A stretch of DNA of 60,320 nt, filler included, from Thelocarpon superellum (taxonomy: Eukaryota), in assembly GCA_026025795.1 (NCBI GenBank). It is 3 parts of 3 records of this genome, joined end to end, with 100 filler letters (N's around TTAATTAATTAA, not from the genome) between each part and the next. Parts side by side here need not be neighbours in the genome. Positions count along the whole stretch, not along the records: positions 1 to 20,110 come from JAPEUG010000333.1; 2 more parts are not named here. The stretch is one strand, 5' to 3'. The translations under genes were made by a program, and so were the position numbers. Below the pieces are notes generated by a model that was not told the origin of the DNA, searched no databases, and worked only from the letters and a program-made list of their open reading frames with translations. Position 1 is the first letter of the stretch. The number at the start of each line of letters is the position of its first letter. Positions 1-12,758 of the stretch are shown here, piece by piece.

Positions 1-1031
1 CAGCGGACGAACTCGTCCAGTGTCCCCGCGATAGCCTCGCCGAACCCTCGCTGGCTCTCCGACCTTAAAGGGCGAGTTGGGAGATGCATTCTCTTCGGAT
101 TACGCCCGGATCAAGCAGAGGAAGCCGGACGAATCTCCAGACGCCTGGCCACCAGCTGGAGAGAACTCCTTGCCGGCAGCGAAGGATATTTGACGGATCG
201 ACACCGGAGGGGACTCTACAGGCAGTCGGTGGTGTGGGGTGAGATGGTGGGTGGCTTGGTCCTTCATCAGCATGGGGCTGTTTGGCCCTCTCGACGAGAC
301 CGCATGGCTGACGCATGAGTCCGGCTGGACGCGGCAGGATAGGACGTCATGGTATGTCATCGCGTCGTCCCTCACACTGGCCATGACTCACTGATGCATA
401 GGGTATGTTGGACAAGAGAGGCGCCCACGATTTACCGAGCTGACAATCTTTGGAGGGCATGTGAACAATGTCACCTACATCCGGTACGCTGAAAGCGCGC
501 GGGTGAACTGGGCACAGCAGGTAGCTCTCCACGTCGATGCCGCCCACAAACAGGAGTGGCGCGAGCTGGTCAGCTCGCGTGGCGTGGGCCTGATCTTGCG
601 CAGTATGCAGACGGACTACAAGTTTGTGTGTGGGCTCCTCCCAGCTTTACACCTGTACTCTCTGCTCATGCCGTCTGCGACAGCCGATGACCTGGCCTGA
701 TCGAGTGACGGTTTACCACAAGTTGCGGTCGTCGCCGTCAGATGAGGCAGACTCGTTCACCTTGGACGTAATGATCCTCAGCGAGGTGCATCAACGACCG
801 GCGGCCCGTTGTGTCGAGGACGTTGTCATGTATGACTACCGACAAAGCCGGCGAACATCACTTCCACCCTTCATGAGACATGTCTTTACCCAGACATTCC
901 AACAGCAAGAGGCTGAGAAGCAGGCGTACCGTGAGCAGATTCACTCACTGACTCAGCGCGTGGAAGGTCTGGAGCGCGAGACGTGGAACCACGAAGATGC
1001 CAAGGAAAATCTGGGTCGGGTAGAGATGTGA
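1..1031 (+). CDS. Thioesterase / thiol-ester dehydratase-isomerase (hotdog fold, 4HBT-like), 5'-partial
   Basis: Frame open from base 1 (..PRWLSDLKGRVGRCILFGL..WRELLAGSEGYLT..VVWGEM). Predicted exons 1-246, 343-351, 402, 456-625, 684-1031 rebuild WGEMDVMGHVNNVTYIRYAESARVNW...YKFPMTWPDRVTVYHKL, the D-x-x-G-H-V-N-N hotdog thioesterase motif. Confidence 0.85.
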
Positions 1032-2318
1032 CAGGTGCAGCACCATCTATGCCATGTCGTTTTGGAGTGTGCGTGAACGTCATCTCCAGTAGTCCTTCGG
1101 GCCCCGATCGATCATGCGCAGGGCAAACCGCTCGGAGGTGGACGATCTGCTGAAGGTAAGTGGCAGATCGATGGCATGCTCTGCACAGCTCCTGGCACAG
1201 CCATCTGGTATGACGCCCGCGTTGGGCCATTCCGCCAATTGGCTAGAAGAAAGTCGAAAGATGGCCAGCCTAAGCAAAAATGACGCATCACCTACCCCGC
1301 TTGGACCAGGTCAATTGGTGGCGTAAGCTTTCGGTGCGCTCGTGCAGCATTTCAGTTGGTGCGGCTCATCTCCCGGAGAACGGGGAACGGAGAGGGGAGA
1401 GCGATGACGGGCGTGACAGGGTCATGAAATGGCACTTGGGCCAGCTGGTCATCGACGTGCGATGAGATGGCATGAATGCCTTGATACCTCCCAGATGCAG
1501 GAGCTGTGCAGCCGTAGCATGTAGAAAGCCTACCTAGACCCAGCGTCCGTCTGCACGACAGCTCCGAGAATTTTAGTTTGAGTCCGCGGACGAGTCAAGG
1601 AGCACAAGTAAGAGTGGTGTGGGAAGTCGAGGCTTTGACTTTTAATGCGACGGATCGTCGGGGAAGGTAAAGTAACCGGCTGCTTCAAGCACCCTTAGAC
1701 TTGGAGGAGGAGGGAGTAGTGAGCATGGGCGCCGAGTAACATTAACATTAACTAGTCTCGAGCGTCCAGTGATGAGTAACGAGCAAGGAACGCTCTGCAC
1801 TGTGGCATTATTCGCCGCACTCGTGCTTGCTGCTTGTGCCGTTTTGTTTCCAGCCCTATTCAGGCCCCAACGACGCCGCTCCTCGTGCTCCAACTCTCCC
1901 TGCGACGAGTTTTGTACTCCGTACTTCGGACTCCCGTACACAATCCTCCGCCCTCCGGCTGTTACTGGAGCAAACCTACACCAGCGCCAAGTAATTAGGA
2001 AGCCCTGCGGACCCTGGGCTCCACCACAAATCACACATCACCGCCCGTTGACCACAAACACTGACGACAAACCGTCCCACTTCGCCGCACTGAGGCCCCA
2101 GCACTATCATCACCCCACTCGTCACCCTACTCGCCCGCCCACTCGTCCTCGGAGTCATGATGATGCGTTTCGGAGCCGACTACGACTAACAGCTCCGACT
2201 TTGATCTTGATCCCGCCGTCTCCCCACCCGTCGTGGCCGTGTCCCATGTGGTGGCTTCGTTTCCGTCCCTTGCTCGAGCTGGCCGCGAGCCGTGTGCCCC
2301 CTCCCCGGATGCCGCCCG

Positions 2319-4863
2319 ATGCCACCACGTGCGTCCAAGAGACAGGGTGCCCACCACCTCAATGCCCGCCACGAGAATGGGTTGGCGGCACCCGGCAAGC
2401 GCGTGGACCGGAGCAATCGGGATAAAGAGCGTTCGAATGGCCACACCACCGCCACCGATACCCGCCGAATGCCCGATGCCGCTCCCACGCTGCACACCGT
2501 GACGACGGCCACACACGCTTCGCATGCTCCGATCAGCGCCGCCAACGGGAGCTCCGTCGCGCCGGCGAATGAATGGGTTGACGCACACGCCAATGGTCAC
2601 GGGAAGGGGAAGGAGGCCGCGATGACGCCCCGCATCGTGGGAGGCGGCACGATCGATTTGGGCAATGGCACCATCCTTCCATCCTTTGACCTGGACCGCC
2701 CAACTCATCGCCTCATCGACGTCAATACTGTCAAGAACCCGGCGGTCCACCACGACCCCAGTGCCATGCAGCTCGTCTCCACTATCCTCCGCGCGTGCCC
2801 GCTCACCGACACCATTGCCATCCTCATCATCCTGCTACAGATTCCGCCCACCTTTCTGACCGTCGTCCACTTTCTCTTCGCTACCCTGACCTTTGTGCCG
2901 CCGTCCGCCTCCTCCTCCGGCGCCACCGTACCCTCCTTCCCCGACTTCTTCCAAGGTTCCAGTGGTACGCCGTCCTTGGCGACCATCGCCTTGGCCGACA
3001 TGGCCTGCCTGGTCGTCTGGCTCTTCCTCTGGACTCCAGCACAGCACGTCGCCGCGGACGTGGCACAGGTGGTCATCGCTACTTCGCTCGGCGGCGGCCG
3101 GTCGGCCCGGCAGGGCGGGACGCAGAGCACGGCCCTCTGCATTGGCCTCATCCTCCTCGCCCAGCTGGCGCGGCGGAAAAGCCTACAGCCGCTGGGTTTC
3201 AACTTCGGCCCGCCCGTCGCACTCAACGGCTCGCTGTATCACCCGTCCTTCCCTGATTACGAGCAGGCCCTTGGCTCTCGCTCGTACACGAGCTGGATTC
3301 GCAGCGTGCTCACGGTACACATCCTGACCCAAGGTATCGTCAAACTCGTTCGGCGCTGGCTGTTTCGGCGCGAGGGCCAGTTGACTGACCCTGCCGCCAA
3401 ACGCTCCGAGGTGGAGAGCTCCACGACTTCGCACCATCATGTCAATGGTGCCGCTGGCACGGAATTGGCCAGCACGGCCAATCATGCCGCCCACGAGGGA
3501 AATAACGCGGGTGGGCCGCCGGCCAGCAAGGATTGCAAAGAGAAGGCCGCAGGAGGGAAACGGAAGAGGAAGCAATCGACGCAGGTGCGCAGTCAACAAC
3601 CCCTGTGGGCCGCGCTCGCCAGCACCAAGGTCATCGTGCTCAAGGAGTATGAGCAGTCTCAGGCGACCGCAGAAGCCGTCGGGTCGCGCGCGACGGATGT
3701 GAACAACCTAGGCAACGCGGCCTTTGGCTGGGAGGAGGATAGCATCTGGATCACCCGGGTTGGATCGACCGAGATGACCTTTGACACGAGCTTGTTCGAA
3801 GTGCCGTCGTTCTTGGACGCCCAAGATGAATCGCACGTGCCAGGCCCGGCGACGGAAGTCGACGGTGTGGATCGGATCGTACCGTTCTATGTACGTATCA
3901 ACAAAGCCACCTGGCCATCGACGAGGATCCGCCCGCGACGGGAGAGCGGCTCGGAGGAAGCTCCGAGCGTGCCACGGCATTGCCGGTGGACCGGAGAGAT
4001 ATTTGGCTTGGCGCCAGCGACCAACTACGAGTGCGAGTTCCGCGGGACGGCGGATGGCTCGGTGTTGTACTCGACGAGCGTCACCACCCCACCGGAACGT
4101 GCGCTCGATGCAACTCCAACCCTCCCTCCCCCATCCCCTGTCGCGCAAGCGTCGCTCCGACCATCTTCACCCAAATCCACGCTCAAAAAGTCGATCGCCG
4201 CCGCGGAGAGCAAGGTCAACGATGAAAAGCTTCGAGCTCGACGCACCCGCAAAGAGCACAAGAATGCCGTGGCCAGCCTACGGCGAGAAATGGACGCTCT
4301 CAATTCCCGCCTATCTAGCGCCGGGGGTGGCGATGATCGGTTCCGGCAGCGTGTGTTGCAGATCACGCAGAACATCCGGCAGGCCGAAGAGGCGACCCAG
4401 GCCATCTCGGCCCAGATTGGCAGCATGGGTGCCGTCCCGGCGGAAGACGTGCGACGGTGGGCGGAGAAGCGGGAAGAATGGGAGCGCAACGGCCAGCGAC
4501 ATGAACAAGCTCGCGAGGGGATGGAGGCGGAAAAGGCCAAGGCCGATCGTCAAACCAATGCGCTCCAAGCCGAGGTGCAGAGCATGCATCAGAAGGCGGA
4601 ACGACTGCAGTCTCGGATGGGCAAGCTCAACGAACTACACGAGCGCATCACGCACACCAACGCCGCGGGTCTGAACGAGAAGGAGCGGCGGGCGGCCGAG
4701 CGCGCTACCAAAGCGAGCGAGCGCCAAGCGATGGAGCAGAATTACTTTGACCAGGTCAACAACGTCTATCGCTCGGTCAAGGAGACGCAATATGGGAGCC
4801 AACAGCTGTGGCAGCAGATTCACGCGATCGAGACGGCCTATCGCGACCAACAGCAAGTCCGAC

Positions 4864-4904
<41 letters not shown>

Positions 4905-5519
4905 CAAGCCGCCGCTTCATCTCTCCTCATGCCAATCTCGCCCACTCTCGACGGCGGCAGCAGTACTATCTTGTCTTCCGTACCACCAACGTCCCGTCCG
5001 TCGGCCGTCGGTGGTGGGAGCGGAGGAAGTGGCGGCAGCGGCAACGGCGGCTCGGGCACCTACGGCAACAATGCGGCCTTTCCGACCTTTCCCGCGAGTG
5101 CAGCCAACCTCGCCATGGCCCCTCCCTCGTCCGCGCCGACTCCGACCTCGATCCCGGCCATCTCGTCCTCTAACGCCTTCTACGCCACCCATCGCGACTA
5201 CACTCGTGGCCGATCCAGCTCCACAATCTCCAGCATCAGCGCAGGCGGAGCGGGAGGGGCAGGGGGAGGGCCTTTGCTGTTCACAGACTTCATGGATGTG
5301 CCGCCCCTTCCATCGCCACTACCGTTTCAACCTCCGCTCTCTTTCTCACCGCCTGCTCATGTCCCGGCGCCCTTTCCGCCCTCTTCTGCCCCCCATCTCC
5401 CGTCTCTCTCGTCCGTACCTACTGCCGACCATCCTACGTCGGGTGATCAGCACTCTGACGGTAGTGGCAGTGGCAGTGGTAATGGGAGTGGGGCAAGCAG
5501 CGGACGAAGCAGTCATTAG
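2319..5519 (+). CDS. acrB: AcrB-like ubiquitination-network signalling protein (TM segments, coiled coil, polyQ tail)
   Basis: Intronless ORF from ATG 2319 (MPPRASKR..HENGLAAPGKR). Contains STILRACPLTDTIAILIILLQIPP, hydrophobic segments, RSQQPLWAALASTK and a long coiled coil, as in Aspergillus AcrB. Confidence 0.8.
4866..4907 (+). repeat. (CAG)10(CAA)4 trinucleotide repeat encoding Q14 in AcrB
   Basis: Read directly from the sequence. Confidence 0.95.
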
Positions 5520-6672
5520 CTCTTCGACGTGTCGACATCTGGAATGAGGAGTTGGGAATGGAGAAGGAGCGGCGACAGCGAAGATGTGAGAGACGACAGT
5601 GTTGACTGTGGTGGAAGAGAGAAGAGGGAAGAACAGTGTGAGCAGGAGGGGGCAGTCACCGACCTACTGTCTGGCCAGCTACATAGTATACGTATCCATC
5701 CACGCAGTATACAAGTACGAGTATCTCACGTAGAGCTTTGTACGTCGTTGTGTCGAAGGTCGATTCCAGCACCTGGGATAGCGTATTCATCTCATTTATC
5801 CCATCTATCCCAATTGTTGCGTCTATTCGTCTACTGATGAAATGAAGTATCTGCGGTGATGACAGAGGATACGAGCATGCAAGGAAGCAAGTAACGGAAT
5901 GTTCAAAGTGATTGCTCCATGATGCTGCCACTTGACCTACCCACCTACCTGCCCACTGCTCTTGTGATGCTACATACACAACTAGTGCTCAATATGAGGC
6001 GCCAAGGGAGAAGAAAGGTGTAGAAGCGTGCATGCATGCATGCGTGCGTGCGGATTCGTGGTGACGAACGAGCCATGACCTCGGAAAGCCAGACGTCGAA
6101 AGTAATCGCTTGCTGACGCCGACGCTGACGCCGACGCTGACGTCGACTGCTGCCGCGTCTTTTCCCTTCCTTTCCTCTCGGCTCGTTCGCTCGTTTGCTC
6201 GTTCGGTCGCTCGCTTGATTTCCGCATACTCCGCGCACGAAGCCACCTGCCTACTGACTCACTCACTCAAGCACTCGTGCAAAAGTGGACGGGAGAAAAA
6301 CAAGGTCCCCGACTCCTTCGCTCTCGCCCTTGTGCCGGCTGGTGACCCTGCAAATGACAACAACGACAATGGCAAGAATGTCAATCAAGACGGACATGGA
6401 AGGAAAACGAAGATGAAAAGGAAAAAAGGGAGACATCATAAGAGATCACCTCGTCCCAGATCTTCCCAGTCCAGATCAGGTCAGGTCAGATCACACCCGT
6501 CAGGTCCGATCAGATCGCATCCGTCTTCCATCCAGCACGTCCGTCGATGTCGACGTCAACGTAGATCACAGAGACACATTCCATGCAGTCACCCACCCCA
6601 CCATGACCCATCCGCCCAACCATTTATGCATGCAGGGTGAGCAGGCAAGATGCAGTCGCTCGACCGCGGGCC

Positions 6673-8608
6673 TCATCGAATCAAGCCCCAACCATCGCGA
6701 CCATCGCCTCCCAGAACACCTCCCAGTCCGGAATTGTTGCTCTTCTTCTTGAAGCAATTCCAGAATCGGAGCGTTTCATCGCCCGCGCCCGTGACGATGA
6801 CTTGCCCGTCGGGACTCATGGCCAGGTAGAGCACGCGAAAGGTATGGCCCGTGAGCGAGGCCACCTGCGTCATCGACGGATACTTCCACACGACGATCTG
6901 GTTCTGGCTGTAGCCGTGGGTGCTGACGATCTCGTTGCTGTTCTTGCTCCACGCCAGATTGCACACCTGCGACCCCGTGTCAATCTCCGAGATGTTCTCG
7001 CCCGTCGCCGTGTTCCAGAACTTGATGCGTCGGTCGGCCGTACCGCCGCCCGAGGCGAGCAGATGATGTTGGTGCGGCGACCAGGCGATCGCCTTGACTG
7101 CGGCGGTGTGGTCCGAGAATTTGTACAGCGGTTGCTCCGCCAGCTTGTCCCACACCATCAGCTTGTTGTCGTTGCCGCCGCTGGCAAGCTGGCCGTCTTC
7201 GCAATTCCATCGCAGCCCGCACACTTCCTGCTTGTGCCCGACCAGCTTCCGGAGGAATTGATCCGGCTGTCGCACGTCGCGGTGGTAGATGAGCCGGTCG
7301 CGAGACCCCGACGTCAGGATATGCTCGTTCCATGCCAGCGCTCCGACTCGTGCCGTATGGCCCGTCATTGTCCGCAGTCGCCGGCATCGCTCTGCGTCCC
7401 AGATCTGCACAAGCCCTCGATTCGTGCCAATAGCCAGATGTGATCCCTATGCACGGCGAGATGTCAGCGTAGTCCCTCCAGCCTATCTCGCCGTACTCAC
7501 CCGCTGTATCCAGCTGACGCTGGTCACGATGTCGTCTTGAAGGTCACACAGCTTCGTCACACGACCTGACTGCGAGTTCCACATGTACACGCAACTTCCC
7601 AGGCCCACTCCCAGGACATTACTACTCCCCCAGTCGACGAGGTTCAAGTAGAAGTCGTCCGCCAAATCGGGAGCATCCAGCACCTTGTAGGGCACCTTGC
7701 TGACGGCACGCGGCGCCTTTCGTGGGCTCAGCAACATGCGCTGGCTATCGAAACGAACCGGCGAGAGGCTGTAGATCTCCGACCGGGCATCGAGATTCGG
7801 TCCATGTCGGCTGCGAGGCGTCCGCGAGGGCGTTGGGTGACCTGGGATGCTCGTGTGATGGCGTGGTGACATGTAGGAGAAGAGGTTCTTGTGCGGGGTC
7901 GACGGCGTGGCTGATCCCGCCGGAAGTGACGAGGAGGAATGAGGTTTGGGGGGAGTTCGGGTGCGCGAGGGGTCATGAAACGTCGTCGAATGGGTCGAAG
8001 GGGGTAGGGTCGGATCGGGAGACAGCGTCGGCGGAGTCGGCTGTGGTACTTCGGTATCGAAAATCTCCGAGCGGAGCAGAGTGGAGAAGGTTCGGTTGGC
8101 TTCCTCAGCTGTTGTTCACTCGTCAGCGGCCCTTGTCCACGATGCACGACATCCCGTCCTTCGATCCGATGGACCTACTCTTCTGAAAGTGAAGTTCACC
8201 ATGAGGCGTCCGTTTCTTGGATCTGGACGGCGTTGCCGGTGAGCCGTCGTCGTGTAGTAGACTAAAGCTGGCCTGAAGATCTTGGCCCTCTCGATTCGGG
8301 ATGAACCTGTCACAGATGTCAGTCTCGTTCAGCAAGTGAGCCGGGCTGACTGACCGATCGCCATAAACCCGTTGCCGCTTCCGGCTCGGACTACCGCCGG
8401 GAGTTCGTTCTCGCTGGCGAGTGATGCCATCATAGTCCTTGAGCGCCCGGTCCAGGGCGTCCGTATCAAGGGCGGTCGCAGCAGGGTCCATTGGTCGTGG
8501 GGCGCTGCCGTTGAGTTGGTTCCGCTTTCCGGTTGTCGTCGCCTGCAGCGGCGGAGTCGAGGTTCGCGGGGGAGAGACCAGGAGCGGCGTGCGGGGCGGT
8601 TGCTCCAT
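6673..8608 (-). CDS. CDH1: APC/C co-activator Cdh1/Srw1 (fizzy-related WD40)
   Basis: 4 exons with GT-AG introns. C-box DRFIPNR is split by intron 1. KVPYKVLDAPDLADDFYLNLVDW, WD40 repeats (GHKQEVCGLRW, HTAAVKAIAWSPH, GHTFRVLYLAMSPDG) and a C-terminal IR tail are present. Confidence 0.95.
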
Positions 8609-9955
8609 GAGGGCGGTGTGGTGTGCAAGTGATGGAGCGATACGAGAATGGGGTCAGTCCGTCGATCCGTCAATCGCACGTCATATGTCAATCGACGAAA
8701 CGTCCCGTGGGTCGCGGAGTCAGACGAAGTGGGGATGCAATTCGTCACGGCTGTTTATTGTGATTGATGTTGGACAGGTGTTGGTCTGGTTGTCGATGGC
8801 GTCGCTGTTGTTCGAGCTTGCGGGCCGATGGACATGTCCCGGGCTCGTGGCAGGTGGTTCGTGGCTCGGTCGGGACCACGATACCCACGCGGGCAGCCGT
8901 CGCGTCGATCTCGCCCTCTCCCCACGCTCAATTCATCGTCCTCCCACAGGCTCGAGGATGGCGGCAGACGGCACTCAGCGACGACGATATCAGAGCGATG
9001 TGGAGTCTAATGGGTGCGCCCGTGAACTTTTATCAGCCGCCGTCGGCTGTTGTCCGTCGGATCAGTTGTGATCGGTGGTATCGAGACCACGCTAGCCCAA
9101 TCTGGGGGGTCAATTTCCAGCGAACCCGTCACTGTCGCTGCCGCTGTCACTACTCCGCCACCGTTCGACACGACTCGCATTCACGACGTTCCCAGGTAAC
9201 GTCACCGCGGGATGAGGATGGTGATGATGGTGGTGATGATGACGGGGAACAGAAGATAAGGATAGGAGGCGATCTGTAAATCATGCGAAACACGGATATG
9301 CGATGGGTTCGTTGGAGCGACACGCGCCACTGGGGGTCATGCTTGGACGGAGGTCAATAACAAAGACCGAATAGGGATAAGAGGGAGCTTCAGGATCGTC
9401 GACCTTCATGCACCGGCAGTGGCACTGGCAGCACCACCACCATTCAAGTAGTCGTATGGTACGCTGGACGGTCACCACGCGCACCACTGCCACCGTACGT
9501 TCTCGCTCGAGTCTGGGCGACCTTGCCGCACGCCGACCCGTCGGTCGGCGCCCAGGTACCGCCCGCCATTCACCCTGGTGCCGGAGCTGCGTCTAGGCGG
9601 TCGCCAAATGCCGACGCTGATTCGAGCGAGCGCTGTCAGGGGTGCAAATGATTGGTCCTCGGTCGTTCCTGCCTTTCAAGGTACGACGCACCACCGCAAG
9701 TGGGCTCTCGTACCGAGTACTCCGTAACATAGTTAGTCCTATCGTGCCAAAGATACCACAGCGGGCGCCTCTGGCCCAACCGTCGCAGTTGTTCTGCGAG
9801 GTCGACGTCGTCTCTCGATCCGCCGCGACGCCTGCAACTACTCGGACCCACGCGCGTCGTGCTCGTAGCCGCCCACCTGGAATCTACTGGTCCCCGGGCC
9901 AGACCTCCAGTTGAGTCTGCTGTAACGAAGCACTCTGTCCCGATTCGAGGACGAC

Positions 9956-11176
9956 ATGCCTGCCGCACCGCAGTATCTCACCGGTGACGGTCCCGGCATC
10001 GCTGAATTCATCGATACGTTCGACGTTGGTCCACCATCCTTGCGTGCACCTATCGACGCATGGCCTTGCTGACCGTATGCCATGATACGGTCAGGTCTTT
10101 CTGTTCGACTGTGACGGTGTGTACATAATATCAATGCGATGATGGTCGCGACCGCGCTCAGCATGGCTGAGGCGTGGGTGTCACAGGCGTCTTGTGGTCG
10201 GGCGACCAGTTGTTCGAGGGCACCGTGGACACGCTGGAGCGGTTGAGGAAGAAAGGTGACTCCTCGAGTCATTACTGTAGACGTGCTCGGGACGCCGTTG
10301 ACCCCTGGTCCCGGGCCGAACAGGTAAACAGATCATCTTCGTGACGAATAACTCCACCAAGTCGCGGGTCGAGTACAAGAAGAAGCTCAATGGCATGGGC
10401 ATCCCCGCTACGGAGGTAGTACCTCTCTCATCCGCCACCCCGCATTGCAGTTATTCTCGCGATCCACCCATCCTCTGACCCCTTCGCGCGCGCAGGATGA
10501 AGTCTTCGGCTCGGCCTACTCGGCAGCGATCTACATTTCGCGGATCCTGGCGCTGCCGGCACCACGCAACAAGGTGTTTGTGCTGGGCGAAGCGGGGCTC
10601 GAGCACGAGCTGGCGTCCGAATCGATCCAATACATAGGCGGGACGGACCCGGCCTTCGCGCGGGCCGTGACGGCGGCCGACTTCCCCGGGATTGCGTCGG
10701 GCGCCACGCTCGATCCGGACGTGGGCATCGTGGTGGCGGGGCTCGACTACGGCGTCAACTACCTGAAGTTGGCGCACGCACACGCCTACCTGACCCGGCA
10801 CGACGCCGTCTTCTTAGCCACCAACACGGACTCGACGCTGCCCAGCGCCGGCGCTCTGTTTCCTGGAGCGGGTAGCATTCACGCGCCCCTGGTTAAGATG
10901 ACGGGTCGGGAGCCCTTCGTCCTCGGCAAGCCGAGTCGTCGCATGATGGACGCTATCGAGGGCCGGTTCCGCTTCGATCGAACGAAGGCCTGCATGGTAG
11001 GTGACCGGCTGAATACCGACATCCGCTTCGGCGTCGAGAGCGGCCTCGGCGGCACCCTGGCTGTCCTGACGGGCGTGAGCAAGAAAGCGGACTGGGAGGG
11101 CGTCAAGCCCGATGCCCAGGGTCACCTTGTGCAGCCTCGATGGTATGTGGATCGCTTGAGCGATCTACTGGGGTGA
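9956..11176 (+). CDS. PHO13: 4-nitrophenylphosphatase / phosphoglycolate phosphatase (HAD IIA)
   Basis: 5 exons: MPAAPQYLTGD..FIDTFD|VFLFDCDG|VLWSG..|KQIIFVTNNSTKSR..|..FLATNTD..GKPS..MVGDRLNTDI..VLTGV. Confidence 0.92.
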
Positions 11177-11254
11177 GGAGCACACGGGATGGGTCTTGAG
11201 ATCACCATATAGACGATCTGGGTCCTTGCTCGTTCACTGCCTTCTATGATATGA

Positions 11255-12758
11255 CTAGAGTACAAGTCTGCCCGGCTCGGCCTCTAAGAGCACCTTGACG
11301 CGTTCTAGAAACAACCTGGCACGCTCTTCTTCTCCCCGGGGAGCCGTCACGCTGAAGACGTTCCTAGCGTTGTGTGTTCCGGCTGCGATACCCTCCCTCA
11401 ATGCAGGCAGACGTGGCGAAGTCTTCCCTTGCCGGGTGGAGGTAGAGAGGATGTCGTAGATGTCGGTAGACCGGGCCAACTTGGCCTTGGGCGAAGACGG
11501 AGATAGAGCAGGGGTTGAGGGGGTGGGAGACGACAGAGCAACAATCTGTGGGATGAAATGCCCCCGTGCCGTCTCGTTGCCGGCGATCGTGTCCAGGCCT
11601 AAGACTTGTTGGTAGAGCTCATCCAGTGACGGCTGTTGCGTCTTCGACCGCGGTAGGTCGTCGTTGGCGAGCTCTGTGGCGCGCGCGATGAAGGTCGAGA
11701 GCGGAAGGACGACGCCGAGCGTTTCTTGGATCCGTTTCTGCACCGCCAGAACGCTGCTGAGTGAGATTAGGACGGCGATCTCCGTGGCGGTCTCCGCCTC
11801 GGGCTCCGGCTCCGGCGCCGCAGCGGGCTTCGTGGAGGGGGTTGGGATTTCGGATTTGGTCGGAGGAGCAAGTTTGATATTACTGAGGTCCAAGTGCTCG
11901 AGTTTGCTGACGCGAGCCGAGAGCTCGGCGGGATACGAGGATGGTATGTCTCCGAGATATGCCAGCACGTCGCCTTTGAGCAGACGACCTGAGGGTCCAC
12001 TCGCTGGGATCTTATCGGCCTCAGACAGATTAAGGCCATGCACGTGTAGAAGGTGTTCAACCGAGGGGTAGAGCGGGTAGGTCTGTTTCTTGGCTTTTGC
12101 CGCTGTTGAGGTTGACGGAGAGGCGTCTGACGGTGGCGGCGATGGTTTGGACGGGGGAGCAGCGTCTGCCGAGGATGGAGAGGTTTTCGAAGGTGCCGCT
12201 TTTTCGGCGGGAAGGGACAGAGTCGAGAGATCGTCATCCGGCTCAGCCAAAATGGCTATCCGCGAGCCCACTTGGACCGATTTCGTGCCATCCGGTTGCT
12301 GCTCCGTCGTCAGATTGGCGGGGAGCAATTCTGCACTGAGATGCATACCGTGATCTTTGCCACCACTCCGTCATCCTGTGCTTCCACATCCATCTGTGCC
12401 TTGTCCGTCTCGATCTCTAAAAGGACATCTCCGGTCGAGAAGGAATCCCCTGCAGGTTACAGTCATCAGCGTTGCACGAGGCCATGCCAGCAACAGAAGA
12501 TGTCTCGGCCTCACCCTCTTTGACCTTCCAGGCAGCAATGTTGCCCTCAGTCATGGTCGGCGACATGGCGGGCATGGTGAAGTTCTGCGCGGCACACTTG
12601 GCCGCGGCTGATCGAAAGCCTGGTGCGCCACCAAGGTCAGCCAGCGCTCGTGCAATCATGGGAGGAGGGGGGCAGTGACCTCTTGCGGTGCCATTGCTGC
12701 GCAGTCGGCTCGAGGCGAGCCTCGACGACAGCTTACAAGCTGCCACCAAGGAAGCCAT
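11255..12758 (-). CDS. PDX1: Pyruvate dehydrogenase complex protein X (E3-binding protein), mitochondrial
   Basis: Presequence, lipoyl domain ([27 protein letters not shown]), E3-binding domain ([27 protein letters not shown]), no acetyltransferase catalytic domain, 3 introns. Confidence 0.9.

Noticed and set aside
1769..2425. 218-aa ORF with a hydrophobic N-terminus upstream of acrB
   Set aside because: Runs through the C-rich leader and overlaps acrB out of frame; composition is that of UTR sequence.
6637..7443. 268-aa + strand ORF
   Set aside because: Antisense shadow of the CDH1 WD40 exon.
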